64,000 nt of DNA from positions 39,556,001 through 39,620,000 of the forward strand of contig OX597832.1 in assembly GCA_951406725.2 (NCBI GenBank), given 5' to 3'. This document shows positions 60,904 through 64,000 of this stretch, piece by piece. The notes beneath the pieces are model-generated. The model was not told the DNA's origin. It saw only the letters and a program-made list of their open reading frames with translations, and made no database searches. The first letter of the stretch is position 1, and each line of letters begins with the position of its first letter. Origin of the DNA: Octopus vulgaris (taxonomy: Eukaryota). The translations under genes and the position numbers were made by a program.

Positions 60904-61315
60904 CACACATAAGCACGCACACACCTACACTGTTTATTTCTATTTCTCCTTCCTATAAATTTCTCATTCTTTCTCTCGTTCCCCACCTTTTCCGTTGCGC
61001 AAGATTTATCTCCGGTTTTCTAAGTGCGTATGTATATGTATGTACGTATGTATGTATGGATGGATGGATGGATAGAGGGATGCATGTATGTATGTATGTG
61101 TGAGTAAGATTGAGAATAGATACGTGTGTGTGTGTGTGTGCGTGTGTGCAGGGGAAAAGGTTTGTTTATGTGATACATGTATCTATACGCGTATTTCTCT
61201 TCTCGTTCCTCGGTATATCTCTCTTTCTACGATCTTTCTAACTCTTCTACTTTCGCTTTCACATTCTGCTTTCACGTCCCTTGCAATTTTGTGTACATAG
61301 ATACATACACACACA

Positions 61316-61347
<32 letters not shown>

Positions 61348-61387
61348 CACACACACTCACGCACATACACATACATACATGCATATA

Positions 61388-61630
61388 TCACGTGATCTAC
61401 CAGACTATTATGTCGTTACACATCGCTGGTTACAATGCGCTTTGCATTGCTTTAGCCGCCCTGCTGGCTAGGCGAGTAGGCCGACATTCCCCACTGATCG
61501 AAAGGGCGATTGGAACAACGTGAACTAAAGTGGTTTGCTCTAGAACACAACGCGACGCCCAATCTGAGGATCGAACCCATGACCTAGTGATTGTGAGTGC
61601 AACAGCTTAAGCACTAGGCCACGTGCCTTC
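61388..61630 (-). mobile_element. tRNA-derived SINE with hairpin tail
   Basis: Head GGCACGTGGCCTAGTGC...GGGTTCGATCC; the tail matches 30585-30705 (CAATGCGAAACGCATTG). Confidence 0.75.
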
Positions 61631-61835
61631 ACACACACATACACATACACACACATACACAAACACATACGCACACACACATATACACACACACACACTG
61701 GCACACAAACGCACACACACAAACACATACACACACACACACATACACACACACGCACAAACACACTCACACACAAACGCACACACAAACACCACACACA
61801 CATATATATACATATACATATAGCTAGATTTATAA

Positions 61836-61950
<115 letters not shown>

Positions 61951-61963
61951 TAGATAGATAGAT

Positions 61964-62028
<65 letters not shown>

Positions 62029-62044
62029 TAGATAGATAGGTAGG

Positions 62045-62124
<80 letters not shown>

Positions 62125-62328
62125 GATATATAGATATGAGGAATTCTCTCGTCGTGAGCGACAAAAAAGGTTTGCAACAAGATAAAGCGGTTCTGTGAGG
62201 ACGCATGCGTCTCTTGAGGCCTCTTAGTGCCTTGCAAACCTTTTGACAAATGAAACAAGCAGACGACTCAGTTTGTTCGTGTGCTTGTGGAACAATTACT
62301 ACGTGTTTTCTTGAGTGAATACACACAC

Positions 62329-62397
<69 letters not shown>

Positions 62398-62619
62398 TAC
62401 GAAGACGTGCTGAAAAGACACTGGTTTTAAGTAACAGAAAATACAAGAGGATTAGTTAATTATGATTTTATCTAACGTATTCTCCTCTCGAATTTATACA
62501 CTCATTGCACCAGTTCTTCAGTTTCCCTAAGCCGTGTTAAAGAACTCAGAAGATGTGTGCGTGCGTGTATGTGTATATGTGTGCGTGCGTGTGTGTGTAT
62601 ATGTGTGCGTGTGTGTGTG

Positions 62620-63160
62620 TGGAAGACGGGCTTCCATCCAGTCTCTGACTAGCAAATTCACTTACAGGGCATTAGCTGGTTCGAGGTTATAGTGGAAGGC
62701 ATCCACTTGCCGAAGGCTCTGCGCAGTGGCACCGAACCCGAAACCACGTGGGTGCAAAGCGAGCCAGTTAACCGTGCAGCCACACTGCGGTTATATATAC
62801 TCTTTTACTCTTTTGCTTGTTTCAGTCATTTGACTGTGGCCATGCTGGAGCACTGCCTTTAGTCGAGCAAATCGAACCCAGGACTTATTCTTTGTAAGCC
62901 TAGTACTTATTCTATCGGTCTCTTTTGTCAAACCGCTAAGTTACGGGGACGTAAACACACCAGCATCGGTTGTCAAGCGATGTTGGGGGGGGGGACAAAC
63001 ACAGACACACAAACTTATACGCACACATACATATATATATACATATATACGACGGGCTTCTTTTCAGTTTCCGTCTACCAAATCTACTTACAAGGCTTTG
63101 GTCGGCCCGAGGCTATAGTAGAGGACACTTGCCCAAGGTGCCACTGAACCCGGAACCCTG
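62620..63160 (-). mobile_element. SINE cluster with LINE-type tail
   Basis: TTGTTTCAGTCATTTGACTGTGGCCATGCTGGAGCAC...GTCGGCCCGAGGCTATAGTAGAGGACACTTGCCCAAGG. Confidence 0.85.
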
Positions 63161-63192
63161 TACTTATATATAATATATGCATATATATGTGT

Positions 63193-63259
<67 letters not shown>

Positions 63260-63637
63260 TGTGTGTCTGTGTGTGTGTGTGTGTGTGTACATAAAAAGAG
63301 CAAAAGAGTGTCCATTGTGGAAGAGTCATTTCAACCGTTTCGAATCTCAAAACTTTTTTTTATTCATTTTTCATTTATTTCTTTCGGCATCAAAATTTTC
63401 TGTCGCATCCTTGTGCGTAGACAAAGGCACAGTTTCAGAATTTTACAACCGCAATGGAATAGTAGTACTGAGTCCGTTATCAGGTGGCAATTGAGTAACG
63501 GAAATCTTTGACATTCTACGAGAGAAAAAGAATTAAAAACCGATTTAGCACTTTTTGTGGCTCTTCAACGATGTAATTGCATGTTTCAATACACGGTCTC
63601 TGATCATAGCATTTGCTAGAAAAATACAATTCTGCAA

Positions 63638-64000
<363 letters not shown>

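Overview
This is eukaryotic, AT-rich DNA with a very high density of microsatellites. The SINE repertoire (tRNA head plus Meta-type core, tails shared with LINEs) and the (TA)n/(TG)n/(GATA)n/(ATT)n load suggest a coleoid cephalopod, probably Octopus. That is inferred from recall of these repeat families, not from a database search. Almost all ORFs in the supplied track are microsatellite artefacts. The real content falls into four groups. (1) Decayed transposons: two mariner remnants, hAT and Helitron PIF1 fragments, CR1/L2-like LINE pieces and a Dong/R4-like 3' end in (TAA)n. (2) Dozens of SINE copies. (3) Candidate minus-strand exons of a long-intron gene, with a signal-peptide-like first exon at 59290-59460 and a possible last exon at 18625-18809. 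(4) Most notably, four short fold-back (hairpin/palindromic) elements embedded in (TA)n tracts, three of which carry type I hammerhead ribozyme motifs. One has an intact hammerhead on both strands, one has a U3-A8 covariant core, and one has a minimal hammerhead in its spacer. Further single hammerhead-like modules are scattered through the window and, where polarity can be read, point toward an A-rich tail abutting a TA/TG tract. This fits non-autonomous Penelope-like/retrozyme-type elements targeting TA microsatellites. No autonomous RT/GIY-YIG ORF is visible in the window.
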